Shown here: piece after piece, positions 39,877 to 52,516 of the stretch
How the letters are laid out: each line of letters starts with the position of its first letter
Numbering within the stretch: the stretch's first letter is position 1
Assembly: GCA_964016885.1 (NCBI GenBank)
Contig: OZ024745.1
Location: 122,450,001-122,514,000 of the forward strand
Length of the DNA: 64,000 nt
Source: Eledone cirrhosa
Lineage: Eukaryota
Direction of reading: 5' to 3'
Position numbers and translations under genes: made by a program
Notes under the pieces: model-generated
What the model was told of the DNA's origin: nothing
Databases searched by the model: none
What the model saw: the letters and a program-made list of their open reading frames with translations, nothing else

Positions 39877-40066
39877 TAATAATTGTTTCTACTTTTGGCA
39901 CAAGGCCATCAATTACCCAGTGCATTACTGGTACTTTATTTTATCGACCCCGTAAGGATGAAAGGCAAAGTGAACCTCGGCGGGATTTGAACTCAGACCG
40001 TAAAGGGACGTAACTATGCTGGAAAGCATAGCGTCCGACTCTCTACCGATACTGCCAATCCACCAT
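39877..40066 (-). mobile_element. SINE family A within a (TAA)n tract next to a RasGRF acceptor
   Basis: Full copy flanked by (AAT)n. Confidence 0.88.
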
Positions 40067-40914
40067 GCCAATAATAATAATAATAATAAGGGAAGAAAAC
40101 GCACATGGTGGATATATCGTTATGGAATCGCTCCCGTAAGTTTTTGATTTTTACTTATTTAAAACAACTGTGATAGAATAATTCTTATTACAAATGAAGT
40201 ATAAGATTACAGATTTTTTATGGTCAGCAAGCCACAACGCATCACATTACGGCATAGGGCCCCAATATTTAATATTTAATTTTGGATCAGAAATGTTATA
40301 GTCGAAAAAGAGAAAAATGGCAAAATGGCTAAGTGGACAGACAGGCAAATAATTTCACCACCAATACCACCACCGCCACCATCACCACTACCACGCCAAA
40401 AACTCTAGTCAAGTTACCTCAACTTCTATTTCTACTTCAACACCATCACTACAGTACTACGATCACATCACCACCACCACTGCCTCATTATCGCTACCGC
40501 CCCTATTCTCTCCCACTACCTCCTGCTAAGTACTACTAGCACACCACCACCACCACTGCCTCATTATCACTACCACCGCTATTCTCTCCCACTACCTCCT
40601 GCTAAGACAGGCATCGTAGTCTCCCCACTAAAAGAGAAGGCATCAAAAGATATAAATAGACTGATTTGATGACCCGGTCAAAAAATCAAAAAACCAGAAA
40701 TCAAAATCAAAGCAGCACAACCGCAACGAAAAACGTAAAGAAAAGAAAAAAGAAAAGAAAAACAAACAGACAGACAGAGAAGGAAAAAAAAAAAAACTAA
40801 GTCAGACATTCAAACATTACATTACAATGAAACTTATGCTTATTTTTTTGGTTTTTTACCTGTTTGTTTGTTTGTTTATTTATGTTCGTCTACAGCATGA
40901 TAGTGCCACACTAA

Positions 40915-43900
40915 AATCACCGGGGGTGATGAAATCCCCGGTGGTTATGTAACCATACATTCACCAATCCTCGATAAGAGTGTTTAAATGTCGAACCTAA
41001 ACAGTTCGAATAACGGTGAAGTGGAGACTGGAATGTCATGTGACAGACTCTCACCCAGCAGGTGCTCCCTGGCTCAGCAGCAGGGACCTGGCTGTCAACC
41101 AAATACTGCTGGTGTCGGAGGAAGAAGAAGAAGGAAAGGGACCAGAACCAACTGGACGAAAGAATTGAATAGAACTGTTATGCAATGTTACCTGAAGAGT
41201 AACCCCAAGGAGAAAGACTATAGGAAACGGATGCATAGCATCTGGAACGAGATTGGTCTATTTAAATTAGATGAACAAAAATTGGCCGGGCAGGCTCGGT
41301 TAATAAGAACTAATGGGTGGATAAGCGAACTGGAGGAACTGAGCAGAGAGATTAGGTTGGAAATGGAGAGTGGAGTATGCCAGGCAAACGAGCCAGTGGG
41401 AAATGAAGGTGAAGAGGTTGAGAGAACGGAGGAACCATCCGAAGCAGACAATGATCTGAATGCTGAAATAAATAATACCTGGAACAAAGATACGGCCATT
41501 GAGGAAATGAATGCTGACGGGCTAGGACAAGATTTGGTTGATATCCTAAACTTAGTGGTAGATGAATTGAACAATGATAGTGGGAAACCTATGAACCTAA
41601 GATTTGTAGACAGGAAAAAGTTAAAAGAAACAACAGCTAAGGTAAACAAAGTCATCTCATACCTTGAGGCGAGGAGCCTTCACCAGTGCAACAATATCCT
41701 CAGAGCAACAGCAAATGCGGTGAGGAAATTACTTGGCATAAAAGCGAGAGGAAACAACAAACAAGAAAGATCAGAACCTTGGTGGAAGAAACGACTGAAT
41801 GGTCAAATCAGGGAAATGAGAAATGACATTGGAAAGCTTGAGTCCCTACTGAATGGGACACTACAAAACATAGACACTAAAAATAGACTGGAAATAAAGT
41901 ACAAAACTAGGAGGAAAAAGCTAAATATTATCATAGAGGAACTGAAGCAACGCATTGTAGCAAAGAGTGCAAAAATTAGGCGATACGAAAGCAGAGTCAG
42001 TCAGTATAGACAGAACCGCATGTTTGACAACAACCAGAAGATGTTATTTGGACAGCTTGAAGGGAAAGAAAGAGGCAACGACTTGATCCCTGAGGCGGAA
42101 CAAACTAAGACATTCTGGAGAGGAATATGGGAGCAGGATGTTAAACATAATGACCAGGCAGTATGGATTGAGACAGTACAAAAGGAGATTAGTGAACAGG
42201 CACACCAACAAACTGATTTGAGTATCACAGTTAAAACTCTTAAGGGGCAGGCCAAAAAACTAAATAACTGGAAATCACCAGGCCCAGATGGTGTGCAGGG
42301 GTATTGGATTAAAAATATAACATCTCTCCACCCGAAACTGACAACCATGTTCAATGACTGCTTGATGTCAGGTGAGGTACCAGAGTGGTTGACAAAAGGT
42401 ACCACAGTTCTGGTAATGAAAGACCGAATCAAGGGTAATGATGTTACCAACTATAGATCTATCACATGTCTGTCCGTAATGTGGAAACTGTTGACAAGCA
42501 TTGTGTCTGAGGAAATCTACCATCACCTTCCCACAAACAACTTGTTACCGGATGAACAGAAAGGATGCCGAAAGAAGTCCCGTGGTACAAAGGACCAATT
42601 ACTTATTGATAAGATGGTAATGAGGAATTGCAAGAGGAGACACACTGGTCTTGCCATGGGATGGATAGACTACAAAAAGGTATTTGACATGGTGCCTCAT
42701 TCTTGGATCACCAAAAGCCTAGAGATCTTCAAGGTGGCAGACAACATCAGACAGTTGTTGGGCAAAAGTATGAAGTCCTGGAAAACAGAGTTAACATCAG
42801 CTGGAGAATCATTGGGAGGCGTGAAGATCAAGAGAGGTATCTTCCAGGGAGATAGTCTGTCCCCTCTGTTGTTTGTCCTTGCCCTGATGCCTCTGACCAT
42901 TATACTGCGAAAAGTGAGAGCAGGATACAAGCTGGGAAAGGGAGAGCTTACCATCAATCACCTCCTCTTCATGGACGATCTTAAGCTCTTCGGGAAGAGT
43001 GAGAAGGAGTTGGATGTGCTTGTTGACACTGTCCGTATTTTCAGCAATGATATATGTATGCAATTTGGTATTAGTAAGTGTGGAGTCCTTGTGATGAAGA
43101 GGGGGTAAATTGAGCAGAAGCAACGGAATCCAGGTACCAACAGGTGAGATGATAAAGGAAATTGACACTGAAGAAGGATACAAGTATTTGGGTGTTCTGG
43201 AGGCTGATGACATCAAGAACAAAAAAAATGAAGGAATTGATAAGATCTGAATACATTCGGAGAGTAAGGGGCGTATTAAAGTCACATCTGAACAGTAGGA
43301 ATGCCATAAGTGCAGTAAATTCCCGAGCTGTGTCTATTATTAGGTACAGTGTGGGAATTCTGAGATGGAATATTGCTGAACAAAAAGAAATGGATAGGAA
43401 GTCTAGGAAGCTATTGACTATCTACAACATGTTCCACAAGAGGAGTGATGTCGATAGACTCTACTTAAGGAGTCCTGAAGGTGGAAGAGGTCTTATCAGC
43501 ATAGAGGACTGTGTTCAGATGGAGAAAAACAACCTACACAAATACGTGACTGATAGTAAGGAACCAATGCTCAGAATTGTACTGAAGGAGAGGACAATAG
43601 ACCAGGGGATGTCGAAGGAGGAAATAACAAGGAGAAAGAGCAGCCTTCATGAAAAATCCCTTCATAGTACCTTCTTTGAGAAAACTGAATTCAGAGATCC
43701 ACAGACATGGAACTGGTTGAAAAGAGGAGACCTTAAAAAGGCTACAGAAGGAATGCTAATGGCTGCGCAAGAGCAGGCCCTCAAAACGAAGTGGTTGAAA
43801 CACCATATTTACAAGGAGGAGGCTAGCCCACTGTGCAGGATCTGTGGAGAGAGAGAGGAGACTGTGGCTCACATTGTATCCGAGTGTAAACACCTAGCCC

Positions 43901-44496
43901 AGACTCACTATAAAGGCTGGAGACATGATGGGCAGGGTGATCCACTGGCTCCTATGCAAAGTAAACAATTTACCACATTCTGAGAAGTGGTATGAGCATA
44001 AGCCAGAGTCGGTGATAGAAAACGATCAGGTGAAGGTGCTGTGGGATTTTAGGATACAGACGGACAAGAAACTGGAACACAATGGACCTGACCTGGTGGT
44101 TTTGGACAAGGAAAAAAGATCGTGCCTGATAGTGGATGTGGCCTGCCCATTCGACACGAGAGTGCAAGAGAAGAAGGAGAAAATTAACCGATACCAGGAC
44201 TTAAAGTGGGAGGTAAAAAGGATTTGGAACTGCCATGAAATCAAAGTGGTCCCGATTGTCATAGGCGCACTAGGTACTATCTTAAAAAGTTTCCAGGGAT
44301 GATTAAAGAAAATTGGCCCCACCTCGCTTTTTGGAACGCTTCAAAAGGCATGCTTGCTGGGAACAGCAAGAACCCTCCGATACGTCCTGAATATCTGAGG
44401 CTGCAGGTAGTGGCTTGATATTCATTTCAACAAACTTTCCAGTTAACTAACATCAATGACTGAGACTCAAAGAACAATAATAATAATAATAATAAT
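40915..44496 (+). mobile_element. Near full-length R4/Dong-clade non-LTR retrotransposon (RT + zinc knuckle + restriction-like endonuclease), frameshifted, antisense in a RasGRF intron
   Basis: ORF from ATG 40988 with WKSPGPDG, GIFQGDSLSPLLF and HLLFMDDLKLF. CRICGEREETVAHIVSEC..RHD knuckle and PDLVV..DVACPFD..K..Y RLE. Frameshifts near 43105, 43225 and 43930, premature TGA at 44300, natural stop 44396-44398, (AAT)n tail. Confidence 0.92.
40988..44398 (+). pseudogene. Disrupted single ORF of the R4/Dong element (ORF-track pieces of 706, 273 and 125 aa)
   Basis: Pieces 40988-43108, 43162-43983 and 43925-44302 join into one RT-RLE polyprotein across three frameshifts and one stop. Confidence 0.9.
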
Positions 44497-44504
44497 TGTA
44501 ACAA

Positions 44505-44687
44505 TAATAATTGTTTCTACTTTTGGCACAAGGCCAGTAATTATCCCAGTGCATTACTGGTACTTTATTTTATCGACCCCTAAGGAGAAAGGCAAAGTTA
44601 ACGTTGGCGGGATTTGAACTCAGGATGTAAAGGGCCATAACTCTATGCTGCAAAGCATGGTGTCTGACGCTCTACCGATACTGCCAA
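44505..44687 (-). mobile_element. SINE family A directly after the Dong tail
   Basis: Full copy on the minus strand. Confidence 0.85.
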
Positions 44688-44879
44688 ATGCTGATAATGT
44701 TGATTTCTAATTTAGGCACAAAGCTGGATTTTTTTTCCTGGAGAAGTCAATTAAATCGATCTAGTATTAAACTTATACATTATTTTATTGATTTCAGCAG
44801 AATTTAAATGCAGAACATATAGAGCAAGAAAAAAAACAAAAAAAAAACAGTAAAGTGTTTTTTGTCTGACACTCTAATG

Positions 44880-45361
44880 CAGTGATTCCTAATGGGGGGG
44901 GGGGGGGGCATGTCCCACAGGGGAGCAATTTGAATATTTAAGGAAGGCAATTTGAAAATAATGTTAATGAGAATAAACTTCAGGATTACTTTATTACTTT
45001 TACACCGAGGCAACTTTGGTACACATTACTGTCAGAAACTCCTGTCTCACCTCCTCTTCCACATGTTACTGTGTATCTGGCACCACCTAGACTGAGGCAA
45101 CTTTGGTACACATTACTGTCAGAAACTCCTGTCTCACCTCCTCTTCCACATGTTACTGTGTATCTGGCACCACCAAAACTGAGGCAACTTTGGTACACAT
45201 TACTGTCAGAAACTGTTGTCTCACCTCCTCCACACATGTTATTGTACATCTAGCACCACCTATACACCAAGTTATTTACACTTTGCAGTTGATCATTGGG
45301 GGCATAACAATTTTTGAAATGTTGAGGTGAGTCATCGTACACAAAAGGTTGGGAATCACTG
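44880..45361. mobile_element. hAT (Charlie-like) MITE with perfect 8-bp TSD and an internal 87-bp x3 tandem repeat
   Basis: TIR cagtgattcc(t/c)aa, TSD ctctaatg at 44872-44879 and 45362-45369. Repeat units at 45007, 45094 and 45181. Confidence 0.9.
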
Positions 45362-45375
45362 CTCTAATGATTGTC

Positions 45376-46135
45376 AGCAATTATCCCAGTACATTACTGG
45401 TACTTTATTTTTTTTTACCCAATAAGGATAAAAAGCAAAGTTAACCTCAGCTGGATTTGATCTCAGACCATAAAGGGGCGTAACTCTATGCTTCCAAAGC
45501 ATGGCGTCCAACCTTTCTACCGATACTGCCAATCCACCGCCTTTGTTAATTAATAATGGTTTCTGATTTAGACACAAGATCAACAATTTTGGAGGAGATG
45601 AAAGTCAATTAAAACAGTACCACTGTGTTACTGGTACTCTTTTATTGACGTTTTAAGAATCAAAGGCAAAGCTAACCTCACTGGGGTGTGAACTCAGAAC
45701 ATAAAGGGACATGACTATATGTCAAAAAGCATGTGTCTGGCAGCGTATTGATACTGTTAATCCACTGCATCAGGTGAACTGTCTAAATATAATTTTGAAG
45801 GAAAGGAATGGAGTTCTCTCAGCTCTGATTGACAACTCAATTCCTTCTTACCAACACATTGCCTGGAAGGAGGTTGAGAAAATGACCAAATACATGGGTC
45901 TTGGAAAAGAAACAAGCAAAATGTGGTAAAATAGTACCAAGAATAATTGTTTCTATTTTTGGCACAAGGCCAGCAATTACCCAGTGTATTACTAGTACTT
46001 AATTTTATCAACCCCGTAAGGATGAAAGGCAAAGCTAACCTTGGTGGGATTTCAACTCAGAATGTAAAGGACCATAACTCCATGCTGCAAACCATGGTCT
46101 CTGACGCTCTACTGATACTGCCAATACATCGCCAA
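45376..46135 (-). mobile_element. Cluster of three SINE family A copies (45376-45541, ~45550-45770 diverged, 45942-46135)
   Basis: Repeated core and head motifs on the minus strand. Confidence 0.8.
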
Positions 46136-46401
46136 TAGTACCAAAAATAATGGTGTTTGTTTGCAATTGAATATTTAAAAATTTGGAAATAAACCAAAGA
46201 TTTTTTAATGAGTCTCTAGTTTGTTGGTTTATGAAAATATAGATTTCTTTACATTGTGTTAGCATGAAAATTGTCAATGAAAATTGTCAATTAACTTTCA
46301 CTGTTAAATCAATCGTAAATAAGGTTTGGAAATAATATATTCTTAACCGTTTCTGAATTTATTGGCAACATGACCCTCCCAAAGTATAACAATATTCTTA
46401 A

Positions 46402-46668
46402 CCCTTTAGCATTTACATTACTCTATATATACTATTGTATTTTTGCAATAAAGGCTTTATCTTATGTGATATCTTATATGATATCTCATCTTTATCTTAT
46501 ATGATATCTTATATGATATCTCATATCATATCGAATCTATGAGATTTTTATATTATTTATTTTGAGAACAATACCTTAACATCAGAATGAGGAGCTGATT
46601 GGGGCTAGTTTGAATAGAAACAGGTGGGAGAATTCTGGCCAGATATGGCCGATTTAAATGCTAAAGGG
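46402..46668. mobile_element. piggyBac-type MITE
   Basis: TTAA-ccctttagcattta ... taaatgctaaaggg-TTAA. Confidence 0.88.
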
Positions 46669-46741
46669 TTAATCCATATTCATATTAACGATTTAATAAT
46701 TTTCAGACCAAGCCTTCTAAAAAAAACTTATGTTGACTTAC

Positions 46742-46859
46742 CATACGCATTTTCGAAAAGTTTACAAGCTTTTCATCTGTGAAATTTGGTGTACCTTCTT
46801 CAATAAAAGATAAATCAGTCAAATACATGCCAAGATATGGAATGCAGGGTGGATCACAT
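46742..46859 (-). CDS. RASGRF1: RasGRF exon (CDC25 domain, PCIPYLG motif)
   Basis: ttcag/gtaagt, 118 nt phase 2-0. [39 protein letters not shown]. Confidence 0.96.
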
Positions 46860-47760
46860 CTGAAAGATAAAATAACATGAGAAAATCAAATATGGGTGTA
46901 GGATATAAGTAAATAATAATTTGCATGAATGATGAAGCACAAATTTTCTGACAGTAAAAGTAGATAGAGGAATTGGATATAGAAAAGACTCTACACTTTT
47001 GGATAGAGGATAACATTTGAACATAGAATTTCCTAGTGATTCAAGTAGAAGGAAAATTAGAAAATGAAGACCAAGTAAGACACTGGAATAAGCATGAAAG
47101 TTGATCTAAGGAGGCTGAATCTTGTGGGTGACAAAAAGCCACAACAAATGACTCACCCAACCCATGAGTGCATCGAAAAAAAAACTGGATTTTACATCCA
47201 TTTTTTCCCCATACATTAATGGATTGGGTGAGTGTTCTCCATCATAGTGTCTTGCTATTTGAATCCAGTTTTGTCATAAATTGGATGGGTCTCAGAGTAT
47301 CTTGCCGCTTGTGGGGTTTTGTCATTGAGCTGTGACAGGACTAAATAATATTCTTTAACCTGTATATGTATGTTTTATTCAGTTACTGATAACCGAGATG
47401 GATTTTCTATACTATAGCTTGTGAAATCCATCTCACTTCTGTTTTGCTCTTGATAACAGATTGTGACAAGTGTTGATACGCCATAAGAAGCACCCCCAAA
47501 AAATCATCAGTGTTGCAATTAAGACCAGAGATTTTGTGCAAAGTTTATAAGATAAAGAATGTTTGTACACTTCATGACTGAATTATACTGTTGTGTGTTA
47601 GTCAGGTATTTGTCTTGTAAAATATTAGATCATCTAATGTTGATACAAAGAAAAATAATGCACTGAATTGAAGTCATATGAGAAATTAACTACAAATAAA
47701 ATTAATCATGAAGATGATTCAACATAGGCATAAGCTTGAACAAAGAAATATATATATATA

Positions 47761-48260
47761 CAGTTGTCCCCCAATATTGGCAGGGGTTCCTAGAGCACCC
47801 ACAAAGAGTGAAAAACGACAAATATTGGACGCAGTCCATAAAAATGCCTATAAACGTCAAAACATAACGTAAAATATAGGCCGGCAAATACAATATATTG
47901 TTATTAATAATTTAGTGTTAAAAATGGCAGTGGATTGGCAGTATCGGTAGAGGTTCGGACGCCATGCTTTGACGCATAGAGTTACGGCCCTTGCCATTCT
48001 GAGTTCAAATCCCGCCGAGGTTAACTTTGCCTTTCATCCTTACGGGGTCGATAAAATAAAGTACCAGTAATGTACTGGGTAATTTTCTGGCCTTGTGCCA
48101 ATAGTAGAAACAATTAATAATTTAGTGTTAAAAAGCTTGAAAAAAACCATAAAAAATTCACGGAAGATATTTACGATTCCATGAATATGCAGTGGTTTCT
48201 ACAAATAATTATTAGTTAGGTTCTAAGGAAAATTTCACGAACAACCGGGATCGCGAATCC
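47761..48260. mobile_element. Tigger/pogo-like MITE carrying a SINE insertion
   Basis: Reverse-complement homology to 16841-17188. Confidence 0.75.
47926..48113 (+). mobile_element. SINE family A with ~21-bp TSD, inserted in a Tigger-like MITE
   Basis: ttaataatttagtgttaaaaa on both sides. Confidence 0.9.
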
Positions 48261-48507
48261 ACTAATGTATTTATATCTGAGAAATGGACAAAAATCCAAA
48301 CTTTATTTATGTAGAATTTGAAGTTGATGAAAATCGTCAAAATATTGACCTCGAATATAAGCCAACCCTTGGTTTTTTTGTCACATGGTATATAATGAAA
48401 ATATATTGCAGTAACTGACGGCTTATATTCAAGTATATACGGTATATAATGATAATTACAGGAAAATATATTGCAGTAATTGACATAAAAAATGCTGCCA
48501 TATTTAC

Positions 48508-48587
48508 CTATGAAGTGCATCTCTCATGTTCTTGAACCTTCCTTCTGAGGAAACTAATGTTTGGAGCTTATCAATCATTTGTCGTGT
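48508..48587 (-). CDS. RASGRF1: RasGRF exon (CDC25 domain)
   Basis: tttag/gtaaat, 80 nt phase 0-2. TRQMIDKLQTLVSSEGRFKNMRDALH (RasGRF1 has LVSSEGRFKNLREAL). Confidence 0.95.
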
Positions 48588-48653
48588 CTAAAGAGCAAAA
48601 GAAGGAAAAGAAATTAGAAAGTCTTTTAGAAAAAAAAACAAAAAACATTTTAA

Positions 48654-48795
48654 CCCTTTAGCATTTAAACTGGCCATATCCGGCTAAAATTCTCTCACCT
48701 CTTTCTGTTCTAACCAGCTGTCATCAGCCACTCATAGTGATGTTAAGGTATTGTTCTCAAAATAAATACTATCAAAATCTCATAGATTCAATAAA
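48654..48795. mobile_element. piggyBac-type MITE, partial, opposite orientation
   Basis: TTAA-ccctttagcatttaaactggcc.. Confidence 0.75.
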
Positions 48796-48829
48796 CTTAA
48801 ACTTAAGCATCAATCCACGTTATTGTCCT

Positions 48830-48995
48830 GGTTGACAGGATGGAGACTACGGTGGGCTCTGGATGATGGCGAGGAAGACATGCTAGAACAAGTACTCCCC
48901 TCGTGGGGCTCATACTTGTGAGTAGCCAACTCTGTTCCAATAGCAGTGAGTAGAGATGTGGTCTGTGGTCCAAGAATGCCAGAAGACTGCCGCAT
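48830..48995 (-). mobile_element. Second copy of the CRE-like fragment
   Basis: SSGILGPQTTSLLTAIGTELATH is homologous to 16570-16770. Confidence 0.6.
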
Positions 48996-49459
48996 ATATT
49001 TTACACAGCTACAGTTGCTGTGCCAGTTTTTTTTTCTGAGTAAAATGAATATTTTGATTGACAAACGTCACATCAATAAACTAGTAACCCCATCTAGCTT
49101 TGAAGTTATGAAATGTTGGAAAGAAATTCAAGCATGTTAGGACGAGTTATCTCATCCATGGCACTGGATTATGAAATATTATGTAGAAAATTTAAAGCTA
49201 AAGAAGAGATTTTTAATATTTAATGTTTATTTTTAAAATGCCAATTCAATATTTGTTCTGGCACTTTACATACTACATTCAAATCCCACCACGGTCAACT
49301 TTGCTTTTCATCCTTCCAGCTTCGATAAAATAAAGTACCAGTCAAGTACTGGGGTGTATTTAATTAACTTTGCACTTTCCCCCAAATTTACTGGCCTTGT
49401 GCTTAAATTACAAATCAATATTTGATATTTATTTAAAAAGTAAAATAACTATTTCTTAC

Positions 49460-49657
49460 CTGCTTTGATATCCTTTCCCACATTTTCTTCATTCTAAAAA
49501 CTGAACTGTTCACAAATGCAGCACATATCTGTAAGACACCATTGTAATTGTGCATGCAACGACAAATATCTGCGATTGCAGCCCACTTTTCAAGACATGC
49601 TACTCTGTCTTGTATATTGGTACGTCCAACAATTTCCGACACTACCAAACGACTCAC
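49460..49657 (-). CDS. RASGRF1: RasGRF exon (CDC25 domain)
   Basis: tacag/gtaaga, 198 nt phase 0-0. VSRLVVSEIV..LEKWAAIADICRCMHNYNGVLQICAAFVNSSVFRMKKMWERISKQ. Confidence 0.95.
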
Positions 49658-49964
49658 CTGTAAAATACAGAAAGAAATTTTAACAATACATAGAACAAAA
49701 TCCCTCAGAAAATTTAAATATACCAAATATTTAATAAAACAAATTTCATATTATTTTTTTCTTATAGCGTAATACAGCATTCAATTCTCTCGTAATTAAT
49801 TCTTTTGGTATCAACCTGCTTGAAACCACCACAGGTTCTGTGATACAAAACTGTTTGTTTTAAAGTGTTTATACTTATGTTAAAACCTTCCATCTTAATT
49901 TTATGTAAAATCTTTTTTTCATGTTCCAAACACCAGCTTAATAATGAAAATGTCATTTTATTAA

Positions 49965-50154
49965 CCCGTTAACATTTACACTACTCTATATTTTCACCAT
50001 AACCCTTTGCCTCACATAATATCGAATCTGTGAGATTTTGATATTATTTATTTTGAGAACAATACCTTAACATAAGTATGAGTGACCAGTTATAGCCAGT
50101 TTGAAAGAGGTGAGAGAATTCTGACCGGATACAGCTGGTTTAAATGCTAAAGGG
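49965..50154. mobile_element. piggyBac-type MITE (same family)
   Basis: TTAA flanks, TIRs and the shared body gagattttgatattatttattttgagaacaataccttaac. Confidence 0.85.
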
Positions 50155-50361
50155 TTAAATTCCTCCAAATTATGTTAAAAATTTATTGAAACACATTAGC
50201 TGTATATTAATTTCATTAGAAATATAACATGAATTACTCTAATTACAATTAGTACAGCATTCAACACTATTCTATAATCGTTTACATGAAGTTAGTTGAC
50301 AGTTGTAAAAAGGTTATAATTTTAATACTAATGGTATTGAGTACTGTGTGTACTTTTTGAT

Positions 50362-50428
50362 GAATATAGATTGAAGAAAGCAGATGATAAAACTGAATTT
50401 TATCATCTGCTTTCTTCAATCTATATTC
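50362..50428. repeat. Perfect 31-bp inverted repeat with a 5-nt loop
   Basis: gaatatagattgaagaaagcagatgataaaa-ctgaa-ttttatcatctgctttcttcaatctatattc. Confidence 0.95.
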
Positions 50429-50894
50429 TTCAAATAGAAACCTCCCATAAGTAAATGACATAAGAGAATGATGACTCTGTCTATCAGTTTATTGTGCATG
50501 TCATCCCCCAGTAGCAGAAGCATGAAAGTCAGTCATGTAGGAGCCACAGCACAATGTGTGAAAACATGGTGAAAATGTTACAACAGATACACCGAAAACC
50601 TGAAACAGGATATGGCCTGGAATCTATACAGGAAATGAAGGACAGAGAAATGTGGTAAAAGGATGTTGTCGTGTTGGCCCATACAGGAGCCGGGTTTAAC
50701 TAAGAAACTAACTTATGTCATCCAGCAGCCTATGGTTCTCAATAGCTTTATCTTCAGCATTTCTACATATGCTTTGTCCATGCTAGCATGGGTTAGGGTA
50801 AGACTTTTTGAGGTTGGTTTTGTATGGCCAGATGCCTCTTCTAATTCAAACCCAGACTTTATTTTTTAAGTAGGATATATACTGTCAACATTAA

Positions 50895-51110
50895 CCCTTT
50901 AGCATTTAAACTGGCCATAATTGGCCAGAATTCTGTCACATCTTTCTGTTCAAACCAGCTGCAACTGGCCACTCATACTGATGTTAAAGTATTGTTCTCA
51001 AAATATATAATATCAAAATCTCATAGAATCCATATTATGTGAGATAATTATGTGAGGTAAAGCCTTTACCATAAAAAAATAATAATAAATATAGAGTAAT
51101 GTGAATGCTA
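50895..51110. mobile_element. piggyBac-type MITE, opposite orientation
   Basis: TTAA-ccctttagcatttaaactggcc.. The far TIR is decayed. Confidence 0.8.
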
Positions 51111-51500
51111 ACAGCTATGCAGCAGGACATAAATTAATATCACTGTTTTTATAAATAGTGTTTCCTCACACACATAAACATGTGGCAGACATCCTTATAG
51201 TTTCTGTCTACCAAATACACACAAGGAATTGATCAGCCTATAGATGAAAATATTTGTCCAAGGTGCTACATACTGGGATTGAACTGTTTCTAAAGCAAAC
51301 TTCTTAACCACACATCTCTTCATTGTATTTAATATAAGTTTAACATTCTGAGAGGTTTTCAAGTTCTTAAGATACATTTTTGTGTCATGATAAATTCTAA
51401 CATTTTGGGTAAGATCCTTCAGCCAACTGAAATTTGTTAACTAAGAAGGAAATAGAGTAATCAGAGTGTTGGATTAAATGCCCCTGTGATCTGAGTTTAA

Positions 51501-51708
51501 CCTTTTAGCATTTACATTACTCTGTATTTACTATTGTATTTTTGTGATAAAGGTTTTACCTCACATAATATCGAATCTATGAGATTTTGATATTATTTAT
51601 TTTGAGAACAATACCTTAACGTCAGTATATGTGGCCAGTTATGGCCGGTTTTAACAAAAAGAGGTGAGAGAATTCTGGCCGGATATGGCCAGTTTAAATG
51701 CTAAAGAG
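51501..51708. mobile_element. piggyBac-type MITE inserted in the B-box TTAA of an old SINE
   Basis: ctgagtTTAA[MITE]TTAAatcctgctgagatcaac restores gagtttaaatcc when the MITE is removed. Confidence 0.85.
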
Positions 51709-52099
51709 TTAAATCCTGCTGAGATCAACTTTTCCTTTTATCTTTTTGGGGTTGATAAATAAAACACCAGTCTAGTACAGATGGATTGGTGGAATTATTA
51801 AAGAATCAAATGGAATGCTTAGCAGTATGGCATCTGTTTCTATATGTTCTGTGTTCAAATGCTGCTGTTTTCTGCCAATATAATCGGCAAATAGGTTCAG
51901 CAATGGAAAGACTAACTGAAACATAGTTTCCTTGGTCAGATCTGATCATTGACTCCTTTCCTTTTTTAAGTATTTTAAGCAATTTTCGTCTTTTGCAGGA
52001 TTGTTAAGGTGATTAGATAATATATGAAAGATAGGATGTTGAAGTTTTTATAGTGCTACACATTAGAGATTCATGAAGATTGTGCTGGGGCAGAATAAT

Positions 52100-52516
52100 T
52101 GTTTCTATTTTTAGCATAAGGCCAGCAATTACCCTGTGCATTACTGTGTCTTGCTCAAGGATGTGTTGTTTCCTTGAGCAAGACACTTTATTTCACATTG
52201 CTCCAGTTTACTCAGCTGCAAAGTGGTCGTGGAGGTGCCACGGCAAAAAAAGCACCCAGCACTCACTGTAAATGAGGTTGGTGTTAGGAAGGGCATCCAG
52301 CTGTAGAAATCAAGCCAGAATCAGTTCTCGTCCTACCCTTGCAATCAGGGAAAAGCAGACGTAAAATGATGATGATGATGATGATTACTGGTACCTTATT
52401 TTTTTGACCCTGTAAGGATGAAAGGCAAAGTTAACCTCGGCGGGATTTGAACTCAGAATGGCTAGGGCTGTAACTCAATGTGTCCAACCCTCCACCGATA
52501 CTGCCAATCCACCGCC
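52100..52516 (-). mobile_element. SINE family A (15-bp TSD) split by an opposite-strand SINE family C fragment (52147-52383)
   Basis: Outer TSD ctggggcagaataat, inner TSD attactg. Confidence 0.85.

Noticed and set aside
40355-40610. T/P/H-rich ORF upstream of the Dong element
   Set aside because: Low-complexity (CCA/CTA)n sequence with a short local duplication, not coding.
41051-44322. Minus-strand ORFs of 60-158 aa over the Dong element
   Set aside because: Antisense shadows of the RT ORF with no recognisable motifs.
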